DNA of 64,000 nucleotides from Candidatus Iainarchaeum sp. (lineage in GTDB: Archaea > Iainarchaeota > Iainarchaeia > Iainarchaeales > UBA10219), in contig JAGVWE010000002.1 of assembly GCA_018304425.1 (NCBI GenBank), positions 352,001 through 416,000 on the forward strand, read 5' to 3'. Position numbers and translations under genes: made by a program. Below the pieces are notes generated by a model. The model was not told the origin of the DNA. It made no database searches and was given only the letters and a program-made list of their open reading frames with translations. Positions 7,973 through 17,863 of the stretch are shown one piece after another. Position 1 is the first letter of the stretch, and every line of letters begins with the position of its first letter.

Positions 7973-9559
7973 TCACTCCGCGTACTCCGGCTTGAGTTTC
8001 CACCGCTCGATGTTCCACAACAAGCCCAATGGACTGGCAAGGATGCCGTCATCGGCCGTGAACCGCTTGTTCACGCCGACCGTTGAAGAACCATAGAAGA
8101 GGAAAACGTAGGGCTGGTCTTCGGCGATGAGTTCCTGGAAACGCCAATAAAGCGGCTTGCGTTTTTCTTCCGCGCAGCCGGGAACGATCAGGGCTTCGTC
8201 CAGGACCTGGTCGACTTCCGGGTTGGCGTAGGAGACGAAGTTGTACTTGCCTGCCTTCTTGGAGTGCCAGATGCCGGAGGCATCCGGGTCCAGGCCCAGG
8301 CTCCAGCCCAGGATGACCGCATCGAACCGCTTGCGGTTGACCTGGTCCAGGAAGGTGGGCCATTCAAGGACGGAGACCCGGGCCTGGACGCCGATTTTTT
8401 TCAGGTAGTACTGGATGATGACCGCGGCTTTTTCCCGTTGCTTGTTGCCCTTGTTAGTGAGCAACTCAAACGAAAACGGTTTGCCCTCCTTGTCCAGGAC
8501 GCCATCCCCATCCGAGTCCGCGAAGCCGGCTTCCCGGAGCAGGCCCAGCGCGAGGTCCGGGTTGAAGGCAGGGGGTTTCACGTCCGGGTTGAAGGCCCAG
8601 GATACGGGTGACAGGGGCCCATTCGCCGTTTCCCCATAGCCCAGCATGGTGGACTCGGTCAGGGCCTCCAAGTCGATGGCGTGGGAAAAGGCTTTCCGCA
8701 CGCGTTGGTCGCGGAAAAAGGGGTGAAGCAGGTTGAAGCCCATGAACGTATAGTTGTTGGTGGAATAAACGTAAACGTCGAGGTTCTTGTTTTGCCGGAA
8801 CCGTGGCACCTGCTCGGGTTCAATGCCCGCCAAATCGATTTCCCCTGTAATCAATTGCTCTTGGATGACGAGGTTGTCCGGAACCACCTTGTAAATGATT
8901 TCGTCGAGGTACGGCTTGCCGGAAAAAAAGCCGTCGAAGGCGGAAACCCGAATCAACTCGTCGGGTTTCCACTCGGAGAAACGAAATGGACCAGAGCCAA
9001 CCGGGTGGGAATTGAAGGCCGCCGTATTTATGTTCCGGCCTTCGAGCAAGTGCCTGGGCAGAACGCCGAAGCCCGTGGTGAGCAGGAAGGAACAATCCGG
9101 CTTGGAGAGGTGAAAGACCACCGTGGACGCATCGGGGGCTTCCACGCGTTCCAGGTATTGGACGGCGTCCTTGTAGGGCGAGTCCGTGGCAGGGTCCAGC
9201 AGCCGGTCAAACGTGAACTTCACGTCCGCTGAGGAAAACAGCCCGCCGTCCTGGAAGCGGAGGCCGGGTCGAAGCGTGAAGGTGTACGTCAAACCGTCCT
9301 CCGAGACGTTCCAGGACTCAGCCAGCCTTGGATAGGGTTCCAGGGTCTTCGGGTTAACCCCGATGAGGCCGTCAAAGACCAAGCCAATCACGTCACTGGA
9401 AGCGGAGTCCGAAGAAAGCAAGGGGTTCAGGGTTTTCGCGTCCCCAATGGATCCCCACACCAGGGCATTGGAGGCCGAAAGCGAACTCCCCTGCGAAGGA
9501 GCAGAACAACCAGCCAAGGACAAGAGCAAGGCCAATGCAAACAGGAAACGCATGTTCAT
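7973..9559 (-). CDS. oppA: Peptide ABC transporter substrate-binding lipoprotein (OppA/AppA)
   Basis: Lipobox LAGC, LAESWNVSEDG, PVGSGPFRF; family 5 solute-binding protein. Confidence 0.92.
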   Translation of the reverse strand: MNMRFLFALALLLSLAGCSAPSQGSSLSASNALVWGSIGDAKTLNPLLSSDSASSDVIGLVFDGLIGVNPKTLEPYPRLAESWNVSEDGLTYTFTLRPGLRFQDGGLFSSADVKFTFDRLLDPATDSPYKDAVQYLERVEAPDASTVVFHLSKPDCSFLLTTGFGVLPRHLLEGRNINTAAFNSHPVGSGPFRFSEWKPDELIRVSAFDGFFSGKPYLDEIIYKVVPDNLVIQEQLITGEIDLAGIEPEQVPRFRQNKNLDVYVYSTNNYTFMGFNLLHPFFRDQRVRKAFSHAIDLEALTESTMLGYGETANGPLSPVSWAFNPDVKPPAFNPDLALGLLREAGFADSDGDGVLDKEGKPFSFELLTNKGNKQREKAAVIIQYYLKKIGVQARVSVLEWPTFLDQVNRKRFDAVILGWSLGLDPDASGIWHSKKAGKYNFVSYANPEVDQVLDEALIVPGCAEEKRKPLYWRFQELIAEDQPYVFLFYGSSTVGVNKRFTADDGILASPLGLLWNIERWKLKPEYAE

Positions 9560-9674
9560 CCTAATGCGCGGAAAGGAATTTAAGCCGGTTATAGGGCCAT
9601 TCCAAAGGGAATAAAAGAGGCAAGGGACACCGTTAATAAGCATAGCCGGGAATACATTTATTCAAGGCGAGAAC

Positions 9675-11996
9675 TTGAACCCGAAAATCCTCATTACCAG
9701 CGCCTTGCCCTACGTGAACAACGTGCCCCACCTCGGCAACCTCATAGGCTGCGTGCTCTCAGCCGATGTGTTCGCACGATATTGCCGGAGCAGGGGATAC
9801 GACACCTTGTACGTGTGCGGCACCGACGAACATGGCACGGCAACCGAGATCAAGGCGCTCGAAGAGGGGCTGACGCCAAAAGCGTTGTGCGACAAGTACT
9901 ATAAAGTGCACAAGGAGATCTATGACTGGATTGGCTGCAGTTTTGACGTCTTCGGCCGAACCTCGTCCAAAGTGCATGCCGAGACCACGCAGGAAATATT
10001 CCGGAAGCTGGCCGCGCACGGCTACGTTTCCGAGGGCAGCCTGGACCAGACCTACTGCGAGCAATGCCAAAAGTTCCTGGCCGACCGGTTTGTGCTCGGC
10101 ACCTGCCCCAAGTGCAGCTACCCGCACGCCCGCGGCGACCAATGCGAGAACTGCGGCAAGCTCCTCAACCCCACCGAACTCGTGAACGCCCACTGCAAGA
10201 CCTGTGGGGCCCTGCCTGCGGTCAGGGCCAGCCGGCACCTCTTCCTGGACCTGGACCAGTTCGCGGAACGCCTTGCCCAGTGGAGCCGGAAGCGGGCCAA
10301 AGAAGGTTTTTGGACGCAGACCGCAAAAGGCATTACCGAGGCCTGGCTAAAGGAAGGCCTGACCAAGCGGTGCATCACCCGCGACCTGAAATGGGGCGTG
10401 CCCGTGCCCCACCCAGGCTACGAAGACAAGGTCTTCTACGTGTGGTTTGACGCGCCCATAGGTTATATCTCGATTACCCGGGAAAAGCGCCCTGACTGGG
10501 GGGAATGGTGGAAGAACGGCCATGAAAACGTGCACTTATACCAGTTCATGGCCAAAGACAACGTGCCGTTCCACTCGATTTTGTTTCCCGCCACCCTGCT
10601 GGGAACCGGCGACCACTGGAACTTAGTGTACCATTTGGAGTCCATCGAGTTCCTCAACTACGAATCAGGGCAGTTCTCCAAGAGCCGGGGCATCGGCGTG
10701 TTCGGGGACAGCGCCATGCAGTCCGGCGTGCCCGCCGACGTCTGGCGGTTTTATCTGGTGTACAACCGCCCCGAAACCTCGGACAGCGAGTTCAACTGGG
10801 ATGACTTCTACGAGCGCGTGAACAATGACCTGATCGCGAACCTTGGAAACCTGGTGAACCGCACCCTAACGTTTGCGGAGAAATTTTACGCGGGAAAGGT
10901 TCCAAGGGGGGAAATGAACCCGGCACTGGCTAAAAAGGTGAAAGCCTATGCGGTGGAGACCGCGGAACTGATGGAGGGAGTTAAGGAACGTGAAGCCCTC
11001 AAGAAGGTGCTCGAGCTATCAAAACTTGGCAACCAGTTCTTCCAAGTGCAGGAACCCTGGAAGAAAGTGAAAACGGACCAGGCAGCGGCAGATGACGCGG
11101 TATACTCGCTGCTCCATTTCGTGAAGGACCTCGGCATCCTGATAAGCCCGTTCCTGCCGCAGACCGGAGCCAGCATCTTCCGGCAACTCAACCTGAAAGA
11201 AGCAGGCTGGGCGGATATCGGCAAGGAATCACTGAAACCGGGCCACAAAATTGGGCGCGCCCAACTCCTTTTCACGAAACTCGAAGAGAAACAGGTGGAC
11301 GGGTTCAGGGAAACGTACTCGGCCAAAACCAAAGCCGCCTCCCTGCCTGAAATCGGGTTCACGGTCTCGCCGCGAGCGGCCGCGCTGGGCATCAAGGCAA
11401 GGGCCGCGCTCGTGGAAGGCGTGAAGGTCAAGAACAAGCACAGCGAACTTCGCCGCCTCACCAAGGAGAAAAGCCAGGAAGTGGTGGGCCGTGACATGTC
11501 CCAGAACAAGGCGAACAATGGGTTCAAGGAAATTTACCGCAAGGTAGGCATACAAGGCTTTGTGCCGGCCAGCGAACGGTTGTACGAGTACATCCGGAAA
11601 AGCGGATGCATTCCCGGCATCAACACGGTTGTAGACTCATACAACCTGGTCGCGATTGACACCATGCTAATCATCGGCGCGCACGATGCCAACCGAATCA
11701 AGGGCAACGTCCGCGTGGACCTGACCAAGGGCAGCGAAAGGTACATGCCTCTCGGTAAGCACGCGCCCGAAAAAATTGCGGCCGGGGAATACGCTTTCAT
11801 GGATGACGAGAAAGTCATCTGCCGGTTGGACGTCAAGCAATGTGAGCAAACCAAGGTGGATGAGGGAACGTCCAACCTGCTCGTGTACGTGCAAGGCAAT
11901 GATGCCACCGCCGATGGCGAGTTGTCTGCAGCCCTGAAGCAGGCGTGCGAGAACATCGTCAAGTACAACGGGGGCAAGTATCGGTTGCTGAAGTGA
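9675..11996 (+). CDS. metG: Methionyl-tRNA synthetase with C-terminal B3/4 domain fusion
   Basis: SALPYVNNVPHLGN (HIGH-like), two Zn knuckles, FSKSRG (KMSKS-like); C-terminal ~215 aa carry IPGINTVVDSYN...GAHD, typical of B3/4. Confidence 0.95.
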   Translation: MNPKILITSALPYVNNVPHLGNLIGCVLSADVFARYCRSRGYDTLYVCGTDEHGTATEIKALEEGLTPKALCDKYYKVHKEIYDWIGCSFDVFGRTSSKVHAETTQEIFRKLAAHGYVSEGSLDQTYCEQCQKFLADRFVLGTCPKCSYPHARGDQCENCGKLLNPTELVNAHCKTCGALPAVRASRHLFLDLDQFAERLAQWSRKRAKEGFWTQTAKGITEAWLKEGLTKRCITRDLKWGVPVPHPGYEDKVFYVWFDAPIGYISITREKRPDWGEWWKNGHENVHLYQFMAKDNVPFHSILFPATLLGTGDHWNLVYHLESIEFLNYESGQFSKSRGIGVFGDSAMQSGVPADVWRFYLVYNRPETSDSEFNWDDFYERVNNDLIANLGNLVNRTLTFAEKFYAGKVPRGEMNPALAKKVKAYAVETAELMEGVKEREALKKVLELSKLGNQFFQVQEPWKKVKTDQAAADDAVYSLLHFVKDLGILISPFLPQTGASIFRQLNLKEAGWADIGKESLKPGHKIGRAQLLFTKLEEKQVDGFRETYSAKTKAASLPEIGFTVSPRAAALGIKARAALVEGVKVKNKHSELRRLTKEKSQEVVGRDMSQNKANNGFKEIYRKVGIQGFVPASERLYEYIRKSGCIPGINTVVDSYNLVAIDTMLIIGAHDANRIKGNVRVDLTKGSERYMPLGKHAPEKIAAGEYAFMDDEKVICRLDVKQCEQTKVDEGTSNLLVYVQGNDATADGELSAALKQACENIVKYNGGKYRLLK

Positions 11997-12008
11997 GGGA
12001 AGGGAGCT

Positions 12009-12818
12009 ATGCCAAAACACAAGCCGCTTGTAAGCTTTTCAACGGACTTTGGGCCGGGCAACCGGGGCCACGGGGTTATGAAAGCCGTGATTTTGGAGCG
12101 GTGCCCGGACGCGGAAGTCGTGGAATTGGCTACAAACGTCGAGGGCTTTGACTTGCGGGATGGAGCAAAGAACTTTGAAGGCCTTGCCTGGCTGCCGAAG
12201 GGAATACACATCTGCGTGGTCGACCCGGGAGTGGGAACCCAGCGCCGGGGCCTAATCATTGAGACGGGTAGAGGCGATTATCTGGTGGGTCCGGACAACG
12301 GGGTGCTGCTGCCCGCCGCATCCTTTGTAGGCGACGTGAAAAGAGCCTGGCACATCACCAACCAAGAGTATTTGCGCCAGCCTGTTTCCCATGTCTTCCA
12401 CGGGAGAGACGTGTTCGCGAGCGTGGCCGGGCACTTGGCGGCAGGCGTGAAACCCCAGGAAATCGGCGTCGAGGTAGGCGCCGGCAGCCTTGCACCCGCA
12501 CCCTACCCGGAAGCGTGCGCGGAAAATGGGAGAATATCGGCTGAAATCATTCACGTCAACGCATTCGGCAATGTATCGTTCAACATCCGGAATGAGGCCC
12601 TGCACCAACTGGTTTCATTGGATGACCTGATCACGCTGACAAAGGGCAAGCAAAAAATCGCGTTGCCCTACAAGAAAACCTTCGGCGAAGTCGCGGCCGG
12701 GACCGGGCTAATCTTTGACGGCGACTTCGGCCGCGTGGAAGCCGCCCTCAACCAGGGAAGTTTGGCTGCAAAAGCAGGGCTAAAGACCGCTGACCGGGTG
12801 ACGCTGGCCAAGTGTTGA
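12009..12818 (+). CDS. SAM hydrolase / SAM-dependent halogenase family (DUF62)
   Basis: TDFG, VVDPGVGTQRR, GPDNG, FHGRDVFA, NAFGN. Confidence 0.92.
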   Translation: MPKHKPLVSFSTDFGPGNRGHGVMKAVILERCPDAEVVELATNVEGFDLRDGAKNFEGLAWLPKGIHICVVDPGVGTQRRGLIIETGRGDYLVGPDNGVLLPAASFVGDVKRAWHITNQEYLRQPVSHVFHGRDVFASVAGHLAAGVKPQEIGVEVGAGSLAPAPYPEACAENGRISAEIIHVNAFGNVSFNIRNEALHQLVSLDDLITLTKGKQKIALPYKKTFGEVAAGTGLIFDGDFGRVEAALNQGSLAAKAGLKTADRVTLAKC

Positions 12819-12834
12819 GAGGGGGAATAACCGC

Positions 12835-13542
12835 ATGCCCAACGAAACCATCATCGAAGCAAAAGATGTTTACAAGATATTCGAGTTGGGCGCGGAAAAA
12901 GTGTACGCCTTGAATGGTGTGAACCTCGAGGTAAGGAACGGCGAATTTGTTTCCATCATGGGCCCCTCAGGCAGCGGGAAGACGACTTTCCTGGACGTGC
13001 TGAGCTGCATGGAGCGGCCCACCCAAGGCGAGGTGTTTATCAAAGGCAGGAAGGTCAGCCGCATGACAGACGATGAACTGGCCAGGGTGCGGGGTTCCAC
13101 GATTGGCTTCGTATTTCAGACCTTCAACCTCATCCCAAGGTTTAACGCCGTGGAAAACGTCATGCTGCCCCTCTGGTTCAAGCGAGTTCCCGTCCAGGAG
13201 CGGAGAAAGAAGGCCATGGAAGCCCTGAAAGCCGTTGGTTTAGGGGACCGGCTCTGGCACAAGCCCAGCCAGTTATCGGGCGGGCAACGGCAGCGCGTGG
13301 CCATTGCCCGGGCCCTGGCCGTAGAGCCTGAAGTCATTGTGGCAGACGAGCCCACCGGCAACCTGGACTCGGTTTCCGGCACCCAGATCCTGGACTTGAT
13401 TGCCGACCTGCACCGGGAGCAGGGGAAAACGATTTTAATGGTTACCCACGAAAAGACTGTTGGAGCGAGGGCGGAAAAAATCGTTCGCCTGATGGACGGA
13501 AAAATCGTGGGCACGGAAAACGGCAGCGGAGGGAAAAAATGA
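12835..13542 (+). CDS. ABC transporter ATP-binding protein (LolD/SalX type)
   Basis: GPSGSGKT, LSGGQRQRVAIARAL, ADEPTGNLD. Confidence 0.93.
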   Translation: MPNETIIEAKDVYKIFELGAEKVYALNGVNLEVRNGEFVSIMGPSGSGKTTFLDVLSCMERPTQGEVFIKGRKVSRMTDDELARVRGSTIGFVFQTFNLIPRFNAVENVMLPLWFKRVPVQERRKKAMEALKAVGLGDRLWHKPSQLSGGQRQRVAIARALAVEPEVIVADEPTGNLDSVSGTQILDLIADLHREQGKTILMVTHEKTVGARAEKIVRLMDGKIVGTENGSGGKK

Positions 13543-14783
13543 ATAAAATGGTCTTGCTAATCGGATTGCTTTGCCTGGTTTCGTTGAGTGCCTGGGCCGC
13601 GGAAAACGACGTGGTGATGAGTTCCTACAACTACGAACCCGCACCGGTTGAGGCCGGCCAGACCTTCGAGCTATGGATCCACGTGAAAAACAGCTCCGGC
13701 AAAGACATCTCCGGCATTGAAGCCGTGTCCAAACTCGAGTACCCGTTTTCCCTGCCCGACGGCGAGACCCCTGAAAGAGTCATTGGAACGCTGACGCCGG
13801 AGGGAACCGCGCTCATCAACTACGAGTACATCAAAGTGGACCCCAATACGCCTTCCGGGGAATACAAGTTCGAGTTCAAGGTCGGTCCAAGGAGCGGAAC
13901 CGGCCGAAACTATTATGTGAAGATAAAGGTCACGCAAAAGAAGCCCGACATCGAACTGGTGGCCGTAATGTTCGAACCAAGGGCACTGAACCCGGGCCTG
14001 GAAAACGGCAAGGCCCGGCTTACCCTCAAGAACCTTGGAAAGACCACGGCCTTTGACGTCAAGGCCTCGATGGCCGTGCACGCCATGGAAGCCACTGTGG
14101 ACTCTTCGGCCGGCAAGGAATCCCACATAAAGCCCATTGGAAGCCCCCTGCGGTACATTGAACGAATTGCTCCCGGCGAAGAAAAAACGGCTGAACTCGA
14201 GTTCTCTGTGGACCGGGGCGCGGACCTCAAAACTTATTTGATTCCCCTCCAAATAGAGTACAAGAACGAGAACAACGTCGAGTTCTCGTTCGAGCGAAAC
14301 ATTGGAGCGGAAGTAACGGACAGCCCGGAATTGGACGTGGTACTGGTAGCCGTGGACCCTCAAGCAGTAATTGGGCGAACCGCGAAAATCAGCATGGACG
14401 TCTTCAATGCCGGCGGCGCGACCGCGAGTTACGTGGTTGCGGAACCCTCCCTCGAGGGGGCCGAGAAAATCATCCCGGAAAAAGTGTTCATCGGCACGCT
14501 GGAACCAGATGACTTTGACTCGTTCACGTTCCAAGTGAAGTTCAAGGAAAACGCGAAAGCAGGTGTATACCCCGTAAAGGTCAGGGTCTCGTATACGGAC
14601 AAGGGCTTCCAAAAACAGGCCCCGGAAAAAAACATCGACCTGACCGTTTACACCCCCGAAGAAGCCGCCGCCATGGCCCGGCAGGAACTACCGCTTGTAC
14701 CGATTGCGGGGGGGCTGGCCGTGCTCGGGTTCCTGTTCAGGAAAAGACTCCTCAAGCTGGTAGGCCTTGAAACCGGGGAATGA
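13539..14783 (+). CDS. COG1361 S-layer-like/CARDB secreted protein with C-terminal TM anchor
   Basis: Signal peptide, repeated Ig-like units (LKNLG, VFNAG, IGTLEP), C-terminal helix; usual partner of archaeal MacB-type ABC cassettes. Confidence 0.8.
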   Translation: MNKMVLLIGLLCLVSLSAWAAENDVVMSSYNYEPAPVEAGQTFELWIHVKNSSGKDISGIEAVSKLEYPFSLPDGETPERVIGTLTPEGTALINYEYIKVDPNTPSGEYKFEFKVGPRSGTGRNYYVKIKVTQKKPDIELVAVMFEPRALNPGLENGKARLTLKNLGKTTAFDVKASMAVHAMEATVDSSAGKESHIKPIGSPLRYIERIAPGEEKTAELEFSVDRGADLKTYLIPLQIEYKNENNVEFSFERNIGAEVTDSPELDVVLVAVDPQAVIGRTAKISMDVFNAGGATASYVVAEPSLEGAEKIIPEKVFIGTLEPDDFDSFTFQVKFKENAKAGVYPVKVRVSYTDKGFQKQAPEKNIDLTVYTPEEAAAMARQELPLVPIAGGLAVLGFLFRKRLLKLVGLETGE

Positions 14784-14798
14784 AGGTGTAAACCTACC

Positions 14799-16022
14799 GT
14801 GATAGACGCCGAAATATTCGTGGTGGCCTTCAAGAACATCCGCCAACAGGGCCTGCGAAGCTATTTGACGCTGTTAGGCGTAATCATCGGCATTGCCTCC
14901 ATCGTGGCCCTGATGTCCATCGGCGAGGGCCTGAACCTGGCAGTCCAAGAACAATTCGACCGGCTGGGAGCCAACACCCTCTTCCTCACGGCGGGAAACA
15001 CGCAGGTCGGCCAAAGCGGCGGCAGCCCCACGACCACCATCCAGTACCGGTTGAAGGACGCTGACCTCTCCCGGATTGAAAGCTATCCAACCGTTGAAGA
15101 AGTCATCCCCTTTTACTCCCTGTTCGGGCCGGTACGGCATGGCACCGAGGAAGTCAGCGCCAGCATCATCGGCTTTGACGCCGAAAAAGCGGCTTCCCTG
15201 ATGTCAACGGGCTTCCTGGATGTGGAAAGCGGCCGAATGTTCGACGAAAAGGAGGCCTTCGTGGCCGTGGTGGGCAAAAAATTCGCGGAAGACAGTTTCA
15301 AACGCGAACTGAGGCCAAGGGGCACCCTTGAAATCGGCGGCAAGAAGTTCAGGATCATCGGCATCCTCAAGGAAGCCGCGACCACGGTGGGTGGGGGCGG
15401 GCCCAACACGGGCCAAGTCATTTTCGTGCCAGAGAAATCCTTCCGGCAGGTGACCGAGGTGGACACGCCCAACTTCGTCATGGTCAAAACCTTCACCAAG
15501 GAACAAGTCAACGAAAGCAAGGAACGCATCCAACGCTACCTGGACAACAAGTATGGGGAGAAAAACTTCAACGTGAGTACGGCCGAACAGGTGCTGGAAC
15601 GCATGAGCCAAGTGCTCAGCATCCTCTCGCTGGTCCTGGTGGGCATTGCCGCGGTCTCCCTGATAGTGGGCGGGGTTGGCATCATGAGTTCCATGGTCAC
15701 GGCCGTCCTTGAACGGACCCGGGAAATCGGGGTCATGAAAGCCATTGGTGCCACCAACAAAACCATTCTCTCCCTCTTCCTCATCGAAGCCGCAATGATT
15801 GGGGGTGTCGGCGGCATCATTGGCGCCATGCTTGGAATGGCCTTGTCCCAGGGCATTGCCGGCATCGGGCAGTCCACGGGCATCAACCTCAGGGCCCCGG
15901 TCTCCCTGGAACTGTTCCTCGGCGCGCTGGCCTTCTCCATGCTGGTCGGCATGGTCTCAGGGCTCTACCCCGCGAAACGAGCCGCGGACCTGGACCCGGT
16001 GGAGGCCTTAAGATATGAGTAA
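14799..16022 (+). CDS. MacB/FtsX family ABC permease
   Basis: RSYLTLLGVIIGI, ERTREIGVMKAIGA, YPAKRAADLDPVEALRYE. Confidence 0.93.
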   Translation: MIDAEIFVVAFKNIRQQGLRSYLTLLGVIIGIASIVALMSIGEGLNLAVQEQFDRLGANTLFLTAGNTQVGQSGGSPTTTIQYRLKDADLSRIESYPTVEEVIPFYSLFGPVRHGTEEVSASIIGFDAEKAASLMSTGFLDVESGRMFDEKEAFVAVVGKKFAEDSFKRELRPRGTLEIGGKKFRIIGILKEAATTVGGGGPNTGQVIFVPEKSFRQVTEVDTPNFVMVKTFTKEQVNESKERIQRYLDNKYGEKNFNVSTAEQVLERMSQVLSILSLVLVGIAAVSLIVGGVGIMSSMVTAVLERTREIGVMKAIGATNKTILSLFLIEAAMIGGVGGIIGAMLGMALSQGIAGIGQSTGINLRAPVSLELFLGALAFSMLVGMVSGLYPAKRAADLDPVEALRYE

Positions 16023-16254
16023 AAGCAAGAACCTGCCCGTCAAGATCACCAAGGATATGACAGTCCAAGAGATCGTGGAACGGTTTCCCATGACCCTGCC
16101 CGTCATGATGAAGTATGGGATTCACTGCTTTGGCTGCCATGCCTCGACCTGGGAGACCCTTGAGACGGGCGTGAAAGGCCACGGCATGAACGACGCGCAA
16201 CTCTCGGAAATGCTCAAGGAAATGAATGAGTGCGTGAAAGACTATGAAGAGTAG
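16015..16254 (+). CDS. DUF1858 domain protein
   Basis: ITKDMTVQEIV...GIHCFGC...ETLE...HG. Confidence 0.85.
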   Translation: MSKSKNLPVKITKDMTVQEIVERFPMTLPVMMKYGIHCFGCHASTWETLETGVKGHGMNDAQLSEMLKEMNECVKDYEE

Positions 16255-16258
16255 TGGG

Positions 16259-16912
16259 CTACTTCTTTTTCCGCTTCGCGTATACGTCTCGAAAGTAATC
16301 GCAGTACTCTTGCAGCGGGCAGTCGCCGCACCGCGGATGAACGGACTTGCAGCGGTGCTGACCGAACTTGACGAACAACTCGTTGAGCTCGCCCCATCTG
16401 CGCTTGGGAACGAGGCGGGCGAGTGCCTGCTCGGTTTGCTTGGGCGTTTTCGTGTGCACCAGGCCCAAGCGGTTGGGGATGCGGTGCACGTGCGTGTCCA
16501 CCGGAATCACTTGCTGGTCAAAGGAAAAGCAGAGCACGCAGTTCGCGGTCTTTCTGCCGACGCCGGGAAGCGAGGTGAGCTCTTCGAGCGTTGAAGGGAC
16601 GCGACCACTGAAATCTGAGAGGATGCGGCGTGCGGTCTCCTTGACGCGCGGGGCCTTGGTGGGGTAAAAGGAGACCGGGTAGATGAGCTTCTGGATGGAG
16701 CGGGTTGGGGCGCGGGAAAGGGCCTTGGCGTCCGGGTAACGGGCGAACAAGCGCGCGGCCGCGGCCCCGGTCACGGGGTCACGGGTCTGCGCGGAAAGCA
16801 TGGTGGCAATCAGGGTGTGGAACGGGTCCACGTGGTGCACCACGGGCTTGGTTTCGCCGACCTCACAGCGGAGCAGGCGAAGGACTTCCAGGACGTCCTT
16901 GGAGTGGGCCAC
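16259..16912 (-). CDS. nth: Endonuclease III
   Basis: LSAQTRD, HhH LPGVGRKTA, VDTHV, C-x6-C-x2-C-x5-C FeS motif. Confidence 0.95.
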   Translation of the reverse strand: MAHSKDVLEVLRLLRCEVGETKPVVHHVDPFHTLIATMLSAQTRDPVTGAAAARLFARYPDAKALSRAPTRSIQKLIYPVSFYPTKAPRVKETARRILSDFSGRVPSTLEELTSLPGVGRKTANCVLCFSFDQQVIPVDTHVHRIPNRLGLVHTKTPKQTEQALARLVPKRRWGELNELFVKFGQHRCKSVHPRCGDCPLQEYCDYFRDVYAKRKKK

Positions 16913-16916
16913 GGCA

Positions 16917-17648
16917 TCACCCAGCTACCGACTTGAAAGCGAGGAGGAAGCCGATGAGCAGGGGCTGGTGCACGAGGTAGATCCACAGCGTGTGGCGACC
17001 CAGCCACTGCAGGCCCCGCGGAAAACGGGGGAAAACGGCGAGCAACCGCCGGCCACGGGCATAATAGTGGTTGCCGAAAAAGACCCCGAAGAGGAACAAG
17101 CCAAACCAGGGAACCAGGGGAAAGTAGTCCAGAGAGTAAAACCAGGTTGGGGGAACGCCAAGGGGGAGCAGCCAAGGCGTGGAGGTGGAGAGGTTGTTTA
17201 CGTAGGGAGCCGCAACGAAGAAGGCGATGGCGGCGGCGAGCGCGGGCCAAGTGGATCTTGCGAGGGGGAGGGCGAGGAGCGTGCTGAGCGCCAAGAAGTG
17301 GATGATGCCGAACACGATATAGCCGTTGTGGGGGTAGACCCAGGTTACGACTGTGATGAGGAGGGCGACGAAAGCCAGGGAGAGAAAACGGCGAAAGGCC
17401 TTGGCAGGAAAGGGAACGCCTTTGCGCCGCGCGGAGGCGCGGCTGAGCGCAAGGGAGATGCCGGCCACGACGACCATGGTCGAGGCAGCGAACCGCTGGA
17501 GGACGAGGTAGGGGCCGGCATAGGGTTCCAAGGCGGAGAGACCAAGGAAGCTGAGGTCAAAGAAGAAGTGGAACAGCACCACGGCCAGGATGCCGACGCC
17601 ACGCAAGGCATCAACCTCTTCAATGCGGGGCGAGGCGGACATGGACAT
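16917..17648 (-). CDS. DUF1624 / HGSNAT-like membrane acyltransferase
   Basis: RIEEVDALRG, FGIIH, DYFPLVPWFG, LGRHTLWIYLVHQP. Confidence 0.88.
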   Translation of the reverse strand: MSMSASPRIEEVDALRGVGILAVVLFHFFFDLSFLGLSALEPYAGPYLVLQRFAASTMVVVAGISLALSRASARRKGVPFPAKAFRRFLSLAFVALLITVVTWVYPHNGYIVFGIIHFLALSTLLALPLARSTWPALAAAIAFFVAAPYVNNLSTSTPWLLPLGVPPTWFYSLDYFPLVPWFGLFLFGVFFGNHYYARGRRLLAVFPRFPRGLQWLGRHTLWIYLVHQPLLIGFLLAFKSVAG

Positions 17649-17812
17649 CAGATTGTGAGGGCGAGCAACTGGTTGCCGCAGCATCGCGGGACGCGGACTT
17701 CCTTGCCGCACTTCCCGCAGAGGAAGCGGTTCTCGTCGAGCACCATGTCCTTGCTGCAGCAGGCCGGAATCTTCAGCGAGGTGTCGCAAATCTCACATTT
17801 GGCCAAGGCCAT
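17648..17812 (-). CDS. 54-aa protein with tandem CxxC-x8-CC motifs (desulforedoxin/Zn-ribbon-like)
   Basis: MALAKCEICDTSLKIPACCSKDMVLDENRFLCGKCGKEVRVPRCCGNQLLALTI. Confidence 0.75.
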   Translation of the reverse strand: MALAKCEICDTSLKIPACCSKDMVLDENRFLCGKCGKEVRVPRCCGNQLLALTI

Positions 17813-17863
17813 GGAAGAAGAAAGGAGAAAAAGGAATAAAAAAGGGAACGGGGGTTGCACGGT

